Positions 12,001-28,000 of a stretch of DNA of 64,000 nt are shown here, piece after piece; position 1 is the stretch's first letter; each line of letters begins with the position of its first letter. A program made the position numbers and the translations under genes. The notes under the pieces were generated by a model, which had not been told where the DNA came from, did not search any database, and saw only the letters and a program-made list of their open reading frames with translations. Location of the stretch: positions 70,928,001 through 70,992,000 of the forward strand of contig OZ296659.1 of assembly GCA_965655095.1 (NCBI GenBank). The letters run 5' to 3'. The stretch is from Haplodiscus bocki (Eukaryota).

Positions 12001-15000
12001 CTCTATTCTCCGTTCTAGCGCAAACCTAAAAGTGAGCAACCCGATGGTGCGCAAAAGCAACTCAGCTCCGACGAGATGAGAAAATGTTTTACTTAATTAT
12101 CATTACCAAAGTTACTGTTATTTTCGTATTTCGTTTTTGCGTCAATTTAAAGCGCATGCAACAATGTTTTGTTTGAACTTTAGCTTAAGAAGTTTAGATT
12201 GAAATCTCTGGAAGGAAATTTTGAGTGTTAAAAAATTTTGATCAAATAATGTTGAATGAAGAAGTTGCTAACTTTCTTACTTTGGTTAAAATTGGAATAG
12301 ATTGAATTCAAAAGCAAACCTTTTTGCTCTTAAACCAGTGCCGTTCCCCCATTAAACTAGCTCTCAAATATGACATTACAAAAATTGTATTTGCAAGCAT
12401 AACTTTCATTGTTTCTAGGACAGAACTCCGTGTGTTGAAGGCATTCATGACAAATCCTTTAATCACTCAAAAGCCATCCACTGAGTTCTTGCTCGCGAAT
12501 TCACGCTTTACTTTGTTCACGAGAGCCGGCAAGTCAACTTCGATACTTAAGTTAGTTTGATCAGTAACGCACGCACAACAAGAAAGTGACAAGCTTTTTT
12601 CAACATTAAATCTGAACCAGAATCGACCACCCCGCGCGACATTTAACATGCAACAATTTCGGTAAATAGGTACTAACACCACAACGTTTCAAAACATATT
12701 GGATACAAATTTCAACGCACAGACCGTTAGTTATGCCAAAAACAAATGCAGAAATCAGAGAAGTACAAATTGGAGTTTTTCGATCTAAAGTTTCACAAAG
12801 AATTTTAAAGAATTAATAAAGAGTTTTGAAGAAGCCCTAGCTGGAGTTGTTAAGAATCTAATCGCGGAAGACAATCATTACAAGTTGAAACCATTCACAA
12901 AAACTTCAGCCCGTTCCTTGAGGAAATCAACTCATTCCAATCACATCAAACTTCTAAAAACTCTCGAAACCACTTAGAGAAATTTTTCTTCCTGAATTTA
13001 ATCAAGCTTAGCCAAGTGATTGATGAAGAGAGATAAACATAAACGAAATCTTCTACGAAATAGAAAAAGGGGAGGTCATTCAAAAGTAGACGAGAAAATC
13101 AGGTAGATTACAAGCAGTTTTACACTTGCAATGAGATGATGGAATTCTGGTTAACAAAATCCCCAGACCTTTTTCTACGGGTTGACAACTCTGAACTGTC
13201 CTGAGAGAACTCGCTATGTTGATTCGTTATGCGAATTACCTAGTCTTAACTAAAACTGACTTAGGTGTTCCTTTATAAAATAAACAGCTACAAGAAATGG
13301 ATGACTAAATTTTCCGTTCTAGAGCAAAGTTAATACAGACCAAACCAATGGTGCTCAAAAGCAACTCAACTCCCACGGGGTGAGAAAAGGTATTACTTAA
13401 TTTTCATTACCGGAGCTACTGTTATTTTCGTATTTCGTTTTAGCGTCAATTAAAAGCGCATGCCTCATTTTTTTTAGTTTTAGCTTGAGAAGTTTAGATT
13501 GATAATTCTGGCATGAACTTCTGAGTATTAACAAATTTTGATCAAATAACGTTGAATGGTGAAATTGCTAACGTTCTTACTTTCGTTAATATTGGAATAG
13601 AGTGAATTCAAAACCAAACCTTTATGCGTTTAAACCAGTACCGTCCACACTTTAAACTCGCTACCAAGTATGACATTACAGATATTGTATTTCCAAGCAA
13701 AACTTGCCTAGTTTATGTAACAGAACTGCATGTGTTGAATAAATTCTTGACAAATCCGCTAAACACTCAATAGCCATCCACTAAGTCCGTACTCGCCAAT
13801 TCACGCTTTACTTTGTTTACGAGGGCCGGCAAGGCAACTTCGAGACTTAAGTTTGTTTAATCAGTAACACCCGCACAGCAAGAAAAAGACAAGTTTTTTT
13901 CAACATTAAATCTGAACCAAAATCTACCACCCCGGGCGGCAAATATTATTCAACAATCTTGGTAATCGAAAACTAACACCACAATGGCTCAAAACGTGTT
14001 GGAGACAAAATTCAATGAACAAACCATTATGACAGAAACAAAAGAAGGAATCAGAGCACAACAATTTGGATGTTTTCGATCTAAATTTTCACATAAAATT
14101 CTAAAGATATTAAAAAGCGTTTTCAAGAAATTTTAGCTGTAATTGATAATATTCAACTCAAGGAGGCAAATCATAATAAGTTGAAGCCATTCACGATACC
14201 TTCAGTTTGTTCTTTGAGGAAATCAACTGATTCCAATCACATCAAAGTTCTAAAATCTCTCAAAAACTCTTAGAGAACTTTTTTTTCTGAATCAGTAAAC
14301 CATCACCAAGTGATTCATGAAGAAAGAAAAACATAAATGAAACGTTCGATGAAAAAAAACATGAGGTCATTCGAAAGTAGACCAGAAAATCGGGTAGATT
14401 ACAAGCAGTTTTACACTTGCAGTCAGATGTTGGAATTCTGGTTGACAAAATCCCCAGATTTTGTTCTACAGGTTGACAACTATGAACTGTCCTGAGAGAA
14501 ATCGCTAGGTTGATTCGTTACGCGAATTATTTAGTCCTACCTAAAACTGACTTAGGTGTTCACTTATAAAAAAAACAGCTAGAAGAAATGTATGACTAAA
14601 TTCTCCGTTCTAGAGCAAACTTAATACAGACCAAACCAATGGTGCTCAAAAGCAACTCAACTCCCAGGGGGTGAGAAAAGGTATTGCTTAATTTTCATTA
14701 CCGGAGCTACTGTTATTTTAGTATTTCGTTTTTGCGTCAATTGAAAGCGCATGCAACATTTTTTTTGAACTTTAGCTTGAGAAGTTTAGATTGATAATTC
14801 TGGCATGAACTTCTGAGTATTAACAAATTTTGATCAAATAACGTTGAAAGGTGAAATTGCTAACGTTCTTACTTTCGTTAATATTGGAATAGAGTGAATT
14901 CAAAACCAAACCTTTATGCGTTTAAACCAATACCGTCCACACTTTAAACTCGCTACCAAGTATGACGTTACAGATATTGTATTTCCAAGCAAAACTTGCC

Positions 15001-18000
15001 TAGTTTATGTAACAGAACTGCATGTGTTGAATAAATTCTTGACAAATCGGCTAAACACTCAATAGCCATCCACTAAGTCCGTACTCGCCAATTCACGCTT
15101 TACTTTGTTTACGAGGGCCGGCAAGGCAACTTCGAGACTTAAGTTTGTTTAATCAGTAACACCCGCACAGCAAGAAAAAGACAAGTTTTTTTCAACATTA
15201 AATCTGAACCAAATTCTACCACCCCGCGCGACATATGTTATTCAACAATCTTGGTAATCAAAAACTAACACCACAACGGCTCAAAACGTGTTGGAGACAA
15301 AATTCAATGAACAGACCATTATGACAGAAACAAAAGAAGGAATCAGAGCACAACAATTTGGATATTTTCGATCTAAAGTTTCACATAAAATTCTAAAGAT
15401 CTTAAAAAGCGTTTTCAAGAAATTTCAGCTGTAATTGATAAGATTCTACTCAAGGAGGCAAATCATAATAAGTTGAAGCCATTCACGATACCTTCAGTTT
15501 GTTTTTTGAGGAAATCAACTGATTCCAATCACATCAAAATTCTAAAATCTCTCAAAAACTCTTAGAGAACTTTTTTTCTGAATTCAATAAACCATCACCA
15601 AGTGATTCATGAAGAGAGAAAAACATAAATGAAACTTTCTACGAAAAGAAACATGAAGTCATTCGAAAGTAGACGAGAAAATCGGGTAGATTACAAGCAG
15701 TTTTACACTTGCAGTCAGATGATGGGATTCTGGTTGACAAAATCCCCAGACTTTGTTCTAATGGTTGACAACTATGAACTGTCTTGAGAGAAATCGCTAG
15801 GTTGATTCGTTACGCGAATTATTTAGTCCTACCCAAAACTGACTTAGTTGTTCACTTATAAAGTAAACAGCTAGAAGAAATGGATGACTAAATTCTCCGT
15901 TCTAGAGCAAACCCAATACAGACCAAACCAATGGTGCTCGAAAGCAACTCAACTTCTACGAGGCGAGAAAAGGTATTACCTAATTTTCATCACCGGAGCC
16001 ACTGTTAATTTCGTATTTCTTTCTTGCGTCAGTTAAAAGTGCATGCAACATATTATGTTTGAACTGTAGCTTCAGAATTTCAGATTGATAATTCTGTCAT
16101 GGACTTCTGAGTCTTAACAAATTTTGATCAAATAACGTTGAATGGTGAAGTTGCTAACGTTCTTACTTTGGTTAATATTGGAAAAGAAAGAATTCAAAAC
16201 CAAACCGTTTTGCGCTTAAACCAGTACCGTCCACCCTTTACACTCGCTACCAAGTATGACATTACAATCATTAAATTTGCCAGCAAAACTTGACTAGTTT
16301 ATATAACAGAAGTACTTGTGTTGAATAAATTCTCAACAATACATTTAACCACTCAATGGCCATCCACTAAGTTCTTGCTCGCAAATACCGCTTTAATTTG
16401 TTCACGAGGGCCGGCAAGGCAACTTCGAGACTTAAGTTAGTTTGATCAGTAACGCACGCACAACAAGAAAGTGACAAGCTTTTTTCAACATTAAATCTGA
16501 ACCAGAATCGACCACCCCGCGCGACATTTAACATGCAACAATTTCGGTAAATAGGTACTAACACCACAACGTTTCAAAACGTATTGGATACAAATTTCAA
16601 CGCACAGACCGCTAGTTATGCCAGAAACAAATGCAGAAATCAGAGAAGTACAAATTGGAGTTTTTCGATCTAAAGTTTCACAAAGAATTTTAAAGAATTA
16701 ATAAAGAGTTTTGAAGAAACCCTAGCTGGAGTTGATAAGAATCTAATCGCGGAAGACAATCATTATAAGTTGAAACCATTCACAAAAAATTCAGCCCGTT
16801 CCTTGAGGAAATCAACTCATTCCAATCACATCAAACTTCCAAAAACTCTCGAAACCACTTAGAGAAATTTTTCTTTCTCAATTTAATCAAGCTTAGCCAA
16901 GTGATTGATGAAGAGAGATAAACATAAACGAAATTTTTTAAGAAATAGAAAAAGGGGAGGTCATTCAAAAGTAGACGAGAAAATCAGGTAGATTACAAGC
17001 AGTTTTACACTTGCAATGAGATGATGGAATTGTGGTTGACAAAATCCCCAGACCTTTTTCTACGGGTTGACAACTCTGAACTGTCCTGAGAGAACTCGCT
17101 ATGTTGATTCGTTATGCGAATTACCGGGTCTTAACTAAAACTGACCTAGGTGTTCCTTTATAAAATAAACAGCTACAAGAAATGGATGACTAAATTTTCC
17201 GTTCTAGAGCAAAGTTAATACAGACCAAACCAATGGTGCTCAAAAGCAATTCAACTCCCACGGGGTGAGAAAAGGTATTACTTAATTTTCATTACCGGAG
17301 CTGCTGTTATTTTCGTATTTCGTTTTTGCGTCAATTGAAAGCGCATGCAACATTTTTTTTGAACTTTAGCTTGAGAATTTTAGATTGATAATTCTGGTAT
17401 GAACTTCTGAGTATTAACAAATTTTGATCAAATAACGTTGAATGGTGAAATTGCTAACGTTCTCACTTTTGTTAATATTGGAATAGAGTGAATTCAAAAC
17501 CAAACCTTTATGCGCTTAAACCAATACCGTCCACACTTTAAACTCGCTACCAAGTATGACATTACAGTCATAAAATTTGCAAGCAACACTTGACCAGTTT
17601 ATATAACAGAAGTACTTGTGTTGAATAAATTCTTAACAATACATTTAACCACTCAATGGCCATCCACTAAGTTCTTGCTCGCGAAATCACGCTTCACTTT
17701 GTTCACGAGGGACAGCAAGGCAACATCGAGACTTAAATTTGTTTGATCAGTAACGCCCGCACAACAAGAAAGTGACAAGTTATTTTCAATTTTAAATAAT
17801 GAACCAAACCAACCAGGCCGCGCGACAATTAACTTGCAACAATATCGGTAAAAAAGAACTTACACCACAACGTTTCAAAACATGTTGGAGTCAAATTTCA
17901 ACGCACAAGCTGTTAATTATGCCAGAAACAATTAAAGAAATCAAAGCAGTACAAATTGGATAATTTTGATCTAAAGTTTCACATAAAAATTTGAAGACTT

Positions 18001-19019
18001 TATAAAGCGTTTTGAAGAAACCCTAGCCGGAGTTAGTAAGAATCTACTCGCGCAACAAAATCACATTAAGTTGCAACCGTTCACAATGAATTTAGCCTGT
18101 TCTTTGAAGAAATCAACTCATTGGAATCACATCAAACCTCTGAAAACTCTGAAGAGCTCCCAGGGAAGTCTTTTTTCTGAAATTAGTAAACCCAAACCAA
18201 CTGACTGATGAAGAGAGAAATCAGAAATGAAAAGTTCCACGAAACAGAAAAATGGTAGTTATTTCAAAAGTAGAAGAGAAAGTCAGGTATATCGCTAGCA
18301 GTTTTACTCTTGCAATCAGATGATGGATATCTGGTTGACAAAATTCCCAGATTTTATTCTACCGGTTGACAAGTATGAAATGGCCTGAGAGAAATTGCTA
18401 GGTTGATTCGTTCAATTAGGAGTTCACTTATAAAAGAAACAGCTAGAATAATCGGATAACTCTATTCTCCGTTCTAGCGCAAACCTAAAAGTGAGCAACC
18501 CGATGGTGCGCAAAAGCAACTCAGCTCCTACGAGATGAGAAAATGTTTTACTTAATTATCATTACCAAAGTTACTGTTATTTTCGTATTTCGTTTTTGCG
18601 TCAATTTAAAGCGCATGCAACAATGTTTTGTTTGAACTTTAGCTTAAGAAGTTTAGATTGAAATCTCTGGAAGGAAATTTTGAGTGTTAACAAATTTTGA
18701 TCAAATAATGTTGAATGAAGAAGTTGCTAACTTTCTTACTTTGGTTAAAATTGGAATAGATTGAATTCAAAAGCAAACCTTTTTGCTTTTAAACCAGTGC
18801 CGTTCCCCCATTAAACTAGCTCTCAAATATGACATTACAAAAATTGTATTTGCAAGCATAACTTTCATTGTTTCTAGGACAGAACTCCGTGTGTTGAAGG
18901 AATTCATGACAAATCCTTTAATCACTCAAAAGCCATCCACTGAGTTCTTGCTCGCGAATTCACGCTTTACTTTGTTCACGAGAGCCGGCAAGTCAACTTC
19001 GATACTTAAGTTTGTTTAA
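6098..19019 (+). repeat. Higher-order repeat: 5-unit block (~6.46 kb) duplicated in tandem
   Basis: Identical or near-identical ORF-track peptides are offset by 6459-6461 bp (7799/14260, 9908/16367, 12324/18783). The same short internal deletion (gattcgttcaatta) occurs at ~11950 and ~18410. Confidence 0.92.
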
Positions 19020-22000
19020 TCAGTAAAGCCCGCACAGCAGGAAAGTGACAAGTTTTTTTCAACAATAAATTATGAACCAAATCTACCACCCCGCGCGACA
19101 ATTAAATTGCAACAATTTCGGTAAATAGGAACTAACACCACAACGTTTCAAAACGTGTTGGAGACAATTTTCAACGCACAGACCATTAGTTGTGCCAGAA
19201 ATAAATGAAGAAATCAGAGCAGTACAAACTGAAGTTTTTTGATCTAAAGTTTCACCTATAATTTTAAAGATTTAATAAAGCGTTGTGAAGAAACCCTAGC
19301 TGGAGTTGATGAAAACCTACTCGCGGAAGATAATCATAAAAAGTTGAAACCATTCACAATATATTCAGCCCGTTCTTTGAGGTAATTGACTCATTCCAAT
19401 CACATCAAACTTCTAAAAACTCCCAAGACTATTTAGAGAAGTTTTCCTCTCTGAATTTAGTCAACCCTAACTAGTGGATTGATGAACAGAGGAGTCATGG
19501 ATGAAAATTTTTACGAAAAAGAAAGTGGGGGTTATTCAAAAGTAAAAGGGAAAATCAGCTAGATTACTAGCAGTTTTAAACTTGTAATCAGATGATGGAA
19601 TTCTGGTTCACAAAATCCCCAGATTTTATTCTACCGGTTGACAACTATGAACTGGCCTGAGAGAAACCGCTAGGTTGATTCGTTACGCGAAATACCTAGC
19701 CTTAACTAAAACTGACTAAGGAGTTCACTTGTGAAAGAAACAGCTAGAAACATCGGATGACCAGATTCTCCGTTCAAGCGCAAACTTAAAACACAGCTAT
19801 CCGATGGTGCTCAAAAGCAATTCAACCCCTACGAGGTGAGAAAATGTGTTACTTAATTATCCTTAACTGAGCTACTGTTTTTTTCTTATTTCATTTTTGC
19901 GTCAATTAAAAGCACATGCAACAATATTCTGTTTGGATTTTAGCTCGAGAAATTTAGGTTGATAATTCTGGCATGAACTTCTGAGTGATAACAAATTTCC
20001 ATCAAAAAACGTTGGTTGGTGAAGTTGCTAATGTTCTTACTTTGGTTGATATTGGAATAGAGTGAATACAAAACCAAACCTTTATGCGGTTAAACGAGTA
20101 CCGTCCACGTTTTAAACTCGCTACCAAGTATGACATTACAATTGATGTGTTTCCAAGCAAAACTTGCCTAGTTTATATAACAGAAATGCTTGTGTTGAGT
20201 AAATTCTTATCAAAACCCTTAACCATTCAATGGCCACCCACTAAGTTCTTGCTCGCAAATTCACGCTTTACTTTGTTCACGAGGGCCGGCATGGCAACTT
20301 CGAGACCTAAGTTTGTTTGATCAGTAACGCCCGCACAACAAGAAAGTTACAAGTTTTTTTCAACATTAAATCTGAACCAAAATCTACAACTCCGCGCGAC
20401 ATATATCTTGCAACAATTTTGGTAAATAGGAACTAACACCACAACGCTTCAAAACGTGTTGAAGACAATTCTCAACGCACAGACCTTTGGTTCTGCCAGA
20501 AACAAATGAAGAAATCAGAGCAGTACAAATTGGAGTTTTTTGATCTAAAGTTTCACATATAATTTTAAAGATTTAATAAAGCGTTTTGAAGAAACCCTAG
20601 CTGGAGTTGATAAGAATCTACTCGCGTAACATAATCAAAATAAGTTGAAACCATTCACAATATAGTCAGCCCGTTCTTTGAGGAAATCAACTCATTCTAA
20701 TCACATCAAACTTCTAGAAACTCTCAAGACCACTTAGAGATGTTTTTTCTGAAATTAGTCAACCCTAACCAAGTGGTTGATGAAGACAGGAATCAAAAAT
20801 GGAAATCTCTACAAAATAGAAAATGTGAGGTAATTCAAAAATAAAAGAGAAAATCAGCTAGATTACTAGCAGTTTGACACTTTCAATCAGATGATGGAAT
20901 TCTGGTTGACAAAATGCCCAGATTTTCTTCTGCAGGTTGATAACTATGAACTAGTCTGAGAGAAATCGCTAGGTTGATTCGGTATGCAAAATAACTAGTC
21001 CTAACTAAAATTGACTTAGGAGTTCACTTGTGAAAGGAACAGCTAGAAACACCGGATGACTAGATTCTCCGTTCAAGCGCAAACTTAAAACAGAGCTATC
21101 CGATGGTGCTCAAAAGCAATTCAACACCTACGAGGTGAGAAAAAGTATTACTTAATTATCCTTAACGGAGCTACTGTTTTTTTCTTATTTCATTTTTGCG
21201 TCAATTAAAAGCACATGCAACAATAGTCTGTTTGGATTTTAGCTCGAGAAATTTAGATTGATAATTCTGGCATGAACTTCTGAGTGATAACAAATTTCCA
21301 TCAAAAAACGTTGGATGATGAAGTTGCTAAAGTTCTTACTTTGGTTGATATTGGAAAAGAGTGAATACAAAACCAAACCTTTATACGGTTAAACGAGTAC
21401 CGTCCATCTTTTACACTTGCTACCAAGTATGACATTATAAATAGTGTATTTCCAAGCAAAACATGCCTAGTTTATACAACAGAAACGCTTGTGTTGAATA
21501 AATTTTTAACAAAACCCTTAACCACACCATGGCCATCCACTAAGTTGTTGCTCGCAATTTCACGCTTTACTTTGTTCACGAGGACCGGCAAAACAATTTC
21601 GAGACTTGAGTTTGTTTACTCAGTAATGCCCGCACAACAAGAAAGTGACAAGTTATTTTCAACATTAAATTATGAACCAAAACTACACTCCCGCGGGACA
21701 AACAATTTGCAGCAATCTCGGTAGACAGAAACTAACACCAAAACGTTTCAAAACGTGTTGGAGACAAAATTCAACGCACAGACCAATATGCCAGAAACAA
21801 ATGAAAAAATCAGAGCAGTACAAATTGGATGTTCTTCATCTAAAGTTCCACATAAATTTTTGAAGATTTTTTCAAGCGTTTTGAATGAACGCTAGCTGGA
21901 GTTGATAAGGATCTACTCGCGGAAGATAATCAAAATAAGTTCAAACCATTCACAATATATTCAGCCCGTTCTTTGAGGAATCAACTCATTCCAATCACAT

Positions 22001-25000
22001 CAAACTTCTAGAAACTCTCAAGACCACTTAGAGATGTTTTTTTCTGAAATTAGTCAACCCTAACCAAGTGGTTGATGAAGAGAGGAATCATAAATGAAAA
22101 TTTTTACGAAATAGAAAATGGGAGGTAATTCAAAAGTAAAAGAGAAACTCAGCTAGATTACTAGCAATTTTACACTTGTAATCAGGTGATGGAATTCTGG
22201 TTGAAAAATTCCACAGATTTTTTTCCACCGGTTGACAACTATGAACTGGCCTGAGAGAAACCGCTAAGTTCATTCGTTACGCGAAATACCTAGTCTTAAC
22301 TAAAATTAACTTAGGAGTTCACTTTTAAAAGAAACAGCTAGAAACATCGGATGACTAGATTCGCCGTTCCAGCGCAAACTTAAAACAGAGCTGTCCGATG
22401 GTGCTCAAAGCAATTCAACTCCTACGAGGTGAGAAAATATTTTAATTATTTATCCTTAACGGGGCTACTGTTATTTTCGTATTTCATTTTTGCGTCAATT
22501 AAAAGCACATGCAACAATATTATGTTTGAATTATAGCTCGAGAGTTTTATATTGATAATTCTGGCTTGAACTTCTGAGTGTTAACAAATTTTGATCAAAA
22601 AACGTTGGACGGTGAAGTTGCTAACGTTCTTACTTTGGTTGATATCGGAATGGAGTGAATACAAAACCAAACTTTTATGCTGTTAAACGAGTACCGTCCA
22701 CCTTTCAAACTCGCTACCAAGTATGACATTACAATTAATGTATTTCCAAGCAAAACATGCCTAGTTTATATAACAGAAATGCTTGTGTTGAATAAATTCT
22801 TTACAAAACCTTTAACCACTCAATGGCCATCCACTAAGTTCTTGCTCGCGAATTCACGCTTTAATTTGTTCACGAGGGCCGGCAGGGCAACTTCGAGATT
22901 TAAGTTTGTTTGATCAGTAACGCCCGCACAACAAGAAAGTGACAAGTTTTTTTCAACATTAAAACTGAACCAAAATCGACCACCCCGTGCGACATTTAAC
23001 TTGCAACAATTTCGTTAAATAGGAACTAACACCACAACGTTTCACAACGTGTTGGAGACAATTTTCAAAGCACAGACCGTTAGTTATGCCAGAAACAAAT
23101 GAAGAAATCAGAGCTGTACAAAGTGGAGTTTTTTGATCTAAAGTTTCACATATAAATTTAAAGATTTAATAAAGCGTTTTGAAGAAACCCTAGCTGGAGT
23201 TGATAAGAATCTACTCGCGGAAGATAATCATAATAAGTTGAAAACATTCAAAATATATTCAGCCCGTTTTTTGAGAAAATCAACTCATTCTAATCACATC
23301 AAACTTCTAGAAACTCTCAAGACCACTTAGAGAAGTTTTTCTTTCTGAATTTAGTCAACCCTAACAAGTGGATTGATGAAGAGAGGAGTCATAGATGAAA
23401 ATTTTTACGAAAAAGAAAGTGGGAGGTAGTTGAAAAATAAAAGAGAAAATCAGCTAGATTACTAGCAGTTTTACACTTGTAATCAGATGATGGAATTCTG
23501 GTTGACAAAATCCCCAGACTTTATTCTACCGGTTGACAACTATGAACTGGCCTGAGAGAAACCGCTAGGTTGATTCGTTACGCGAAATACCTAATCTTAA
23601 TTAAAACTGACTTAGGAGTTGACTTGTGAAAGAAACAGCTAGAAACATCGGATGACTAGATTCTCCGTTCAAGCGCAAATTTAAAACAGAGCTATCCGAT
23701 GGTGCTCAAAAGCAATTCAACACCTACGAGGTGAGAAAAATTATTACTTAATTATCCTTAACGGAGCTACTGTTTTTTTCGTATTTCATTTTTGCGTCAA
23801 TTAAAAGCACATGCAACAATATTCTGTTTGGATTTTAGCTCGAGAAATTTAGGTTGATAATTCGGGCATGAACTTCTGAGTGATAACAATTTTCCATCAA
23901 AAAACGTTGGAGGGTGAAGTTGCTAATGTTCTTACTTTGGTTGATATTGGAATAGAGTGAATACAAAACCAAACCTTTATGCGGTTAAACGAGTACCGTC
24001 CACCTTTTAAACTCGCTACCAAGTATGACATTACAATTATTGTATTTCCAAGCAAAACTTGCCGAGTTTATATAACAGAAATGCTTGTGTTGAGTAAAGT
24101 CTTAACAAAACCTTTAACCATTCAATAACCATCCACTAAGTTCTTGCTCGCGAATTCACGCTTTACTTTATTCACGAAGGCCGGCAAGGCAACTTCGAGA
24201 CTTAAGTTTGTTTGGTCAGTAACGCCCGCACAACAAGAAAGTTACAACTTTTTTTCAACATTAAATCTGAACCAAAATCTACCACTCCGCGCGACATATA
24301 TCTTGCAACATTTTCGGTAAATAGGAACTAAAAACACAACGTTTCAAAACGTGTTGGAGACAATTCTCAACGCACAGACCGTTGGTTCTGCCGGAAACAA
24401 ATGAAGAAATCAGAGCAGTACAAATTGGAGTTTTTTGATCTAAAGTTTCACATATAATTTTAAAGATTTAATGAAGCGTTTTGAAGAAACCCTAGCTGGA
24501 GTTGATAAGAATCTACTCGCGGAAGATAATCATAATAAGTTGAAACCATTCACAATATAGTCAGCCCGTTCCTTGAGGAAATCAACTCATTCCAATCACA
24601 TCAAAATTCTAAAAACTCTCAAGACCACTTAGAGAAGTTTTTTTTTCTGAATTTAGTCAACCCTAACCAAGTGATTGATGAAGAGAGGAATCATTAATGA
24701 AAATTTCTTCGAAATAGAAAATTAGAGGTAATTCAAAAGTAAAAGAGAAACTCAGCTAGATTACTAGCGAATTTACACTTGTAATCAGGTGATGAAATCC
24801 TGGTTGACAAAATCCCCAGATTTTTTTCCACCGGTTGACAACTATGAACTGGCCTGGGAGAAACCGCTAAGTTGATTCGTTACGCGAAATAACTTGTCTT
24901 AACTAAAATTGACTTAGGAGTTCACTTACAAAAGAAACAGCCAGAGACATCGGATGACTAGATTCTCCGTTCTAGCGCAAACTTAAAACAGAGCTATCCG

Positions 25001-28000
25001 ATGGTGCTCAAAGCAATTCAACTCCTACGAGGTGAGAAAATATATTACTTATTTATTCTTAACGGAGCTACTGTTATTTTCGTATTTCATTTTTCCGTCA
25101 ATTAAAAGCACATGCAACAATATTATGTTTGAATTTTAGCTGGAGAGTTTTATATTGATAATTCTGGCATGAACTTCTGAGTGTTAACAAATTTTGATCA
25201 AAAAACGTTGGACGGTGAAGTTGCTAACGTTCTTACTTTGGTTGATATTGGAATAGAGTGAATACAAAACCAAACTTTTATGCGGTTAAACGAGTACCGT
25301 CCACCTTTTAAACTCGCTACCAAGTATGACATTACAATTAATGTATTTCCAAGCAAAACATGCCTAGTTTATATAACAGAAAAGCTTGTGTTGAATATAT
25401 TCTTGACAAAACCTTTAACCACTCAATGGTCATCCACTAAATTCTTGCTCGCGAATTCACGCTTTATTTTGTTCACGAGGGCCGGCAAGGCAACTTCGAG
25501 ACTTAAAATTGTTTGATCAGTAACGCCCGCACAACAAGAAGAAGACAAGTTTTTTTCAACCTTAAAACTGAACCAAAATCGACTACCCCGAGCCACATTT
25601 AACATGAAACATTTTCGTTGAAAGGGAACTAACACCACAACGTTGTAAAACGTGTTGGAAACAATTTTCAACGCACAGACCGTTAGTTATGCCAGAAACA
25701 AATGAAGAAATCGGAGCAGTACAAATTGGAGTTTTTTGATCTAAAGTTTCACATATAATTTTAAAGATTTAATAAAGCGTTTTGAAGAAACCCTAGCTGG
25801 AGTTGATAAGAATCTACTCGCGGAAGATAATCATAATAAGTTCAAACCATTCACAATATAGTCAGCCCGTTCCTTGAGGAAATCAACTCATTCCAATCAC
25901 ATCAAAATTCTAAAAACTCTCAAGACCACTTAGAGAAGTTTTTTTCCTGAATTTAGTCATCCCTAACCAAGTGATTGATGAAGAGAGGAATCATAAATGA
26001 AAATTTCTTCGAAATAGAAAATTAGAGGTAATTCAAAAGTAAAAGAGAAACTCAGCTATATTACTAGCGAATTTACACTTGTAATCAGGTGATGGAATCC
26101 TAGTTGACAAAATCCCCAGATTTTTTTCCACCGGTTGACAACTATGAACTGGCCTGGGAGAAACCGCTAAGTTGATTCGTTACGCGAAATACCTAGTCTT
26201 AACTAAAATTGACTTAGGAGTTCACTTACAAAAGAAACAGCTAGAAACATCGGATGACTAGATTCTCCGTTCTAGCGCAAACTTAAAACAGAGCTATCCG
26301 GTGGTGCTCAAAGCAATTCAACTCCTACGAGGTGAGAAAATATATTATTTATTTATCCTTAACGGAGCTACTGTTATTTTCGTATTTCATTTTTCCGTCA
26401 ATTAAAAGCACATGCAACAATATTATGTTTGAATTTTAGCTGGAGAGTTTTATATTGATAATTCTGGCATGAACTTCTGAGTGTTAACAAAATTTGATCA
26501 AAAAACGTTGGACGGTGAAGTTGCTAACGTTCATACTTTGGTTGTAATTGGAATAGAGTGAATACAAAACCAAACTTTTATGCGCTTAAACGAGTACCGT
26601 CCACCTTTTAAACTCGCTATCAAGTATGACATTACAATTATTGTATTTCCAAGCAGAACTTGCCTGGTTTTTATAACAGAAATGCTTGTGTTGAATAAAT
26701 TCTTAACAAAACTTTTAACCACTCAATGGCCAACCACTAAGTTCTTGCTCGCGAATTCACGCTTTACTTTGTTCACGAGGGATGGCAAAGCAATTTCGAG
26801 ACTTGAGTTTGTTTAATCAGTAACGCCCGCACAGCAAGAAAGTGACAAGTTTTTTTCAACAATAAATTATGAACCAAATCTACCACCCCGCGCGACAATT
26901 AAATTGCAACAATTTCGGTAAATAGGAACTAACACCACAACGTTTCAAAACGTGTTGGAGACAAAATTCAACGCACAGACCAAAATGGCAGAAACAAATG
27001 AAAAAATCAGAGCAGTACAAATTGGATGTTCTTGATCTAAACTCCCACAAAAATTTTTGAAGATTTTTTCAAGCGTTTTGAATGAACCCTAGCTGGAGTT
27101 GATACGGATCTACTCGCGGAAGATAATCAAAATAAGTTGAAACCATTCACAATATATTCAGCCCGTTCTTTGAGGAAATCAACTCATTCCAATCCATCAA
27201 AATTCTAAAAACTCTCAAGACCACTTACAGAAGTTTTTCTTTCTGAATTTAGTCAAACCTAACCAAGTGATTGATGAAGAGAGGAATCCTAAATGGAAAT
27301 TTCTACGAAATAGAAAATGGGAGGTAATTCAAAAATAAAAGAGAAAATCAGCTAGATTACCAGCAGTTTTACAGTTGTAATCAGTTGATGAAATTCTGGT
27401 TGACAAAATCGCCAGATTTTTTTTACCGGTTGACAACTATGAACTGGCCTGAGAGAAATCGCTAGGTTGATCCGGTATGCAAAATACCTAGTCTTAACTA
27501 AAATTGACTCAGGAGTTCACTTAAAAAAGAAACAGGTAGAAACAACGGATGACTAGATTCTCCGTTCTAGCGCAAACTTAAAACAGAGCTATCCGATGGT
27601 GCTCGAAAGCAATTCAACACCTACGAGGTGAGAAAAAATATTACTTAATTATCCTTAACGGAGCTACTGTTTTTTTCGTATTTCATTTTGCGTCAATTAA
27701 AAGCACATGCAACAAAATTCTGTTTGAATTTTAGTTCGAGAAATTTAGGTTGATAATTCTGGCATGAACTTCTGAGTGATAACAAATTTCCATCAAAAAA
27801 CGTTGGATGGTGAAGTTGCTAATGTTCTTACTTTGGTTGATGTTGGAATAGAGTGAATACAAAACCAAACTTTTATGCGGTTAAACGAGTACCGTCCACC
27901 TTTTAAACTCGCTACCAAGTATGACATTACAATTGATGTATTTGCAAGCAAAACTTGCCTACTTTATAAAACAGAAATGCTTGTGTTGAATAAATTCTTC

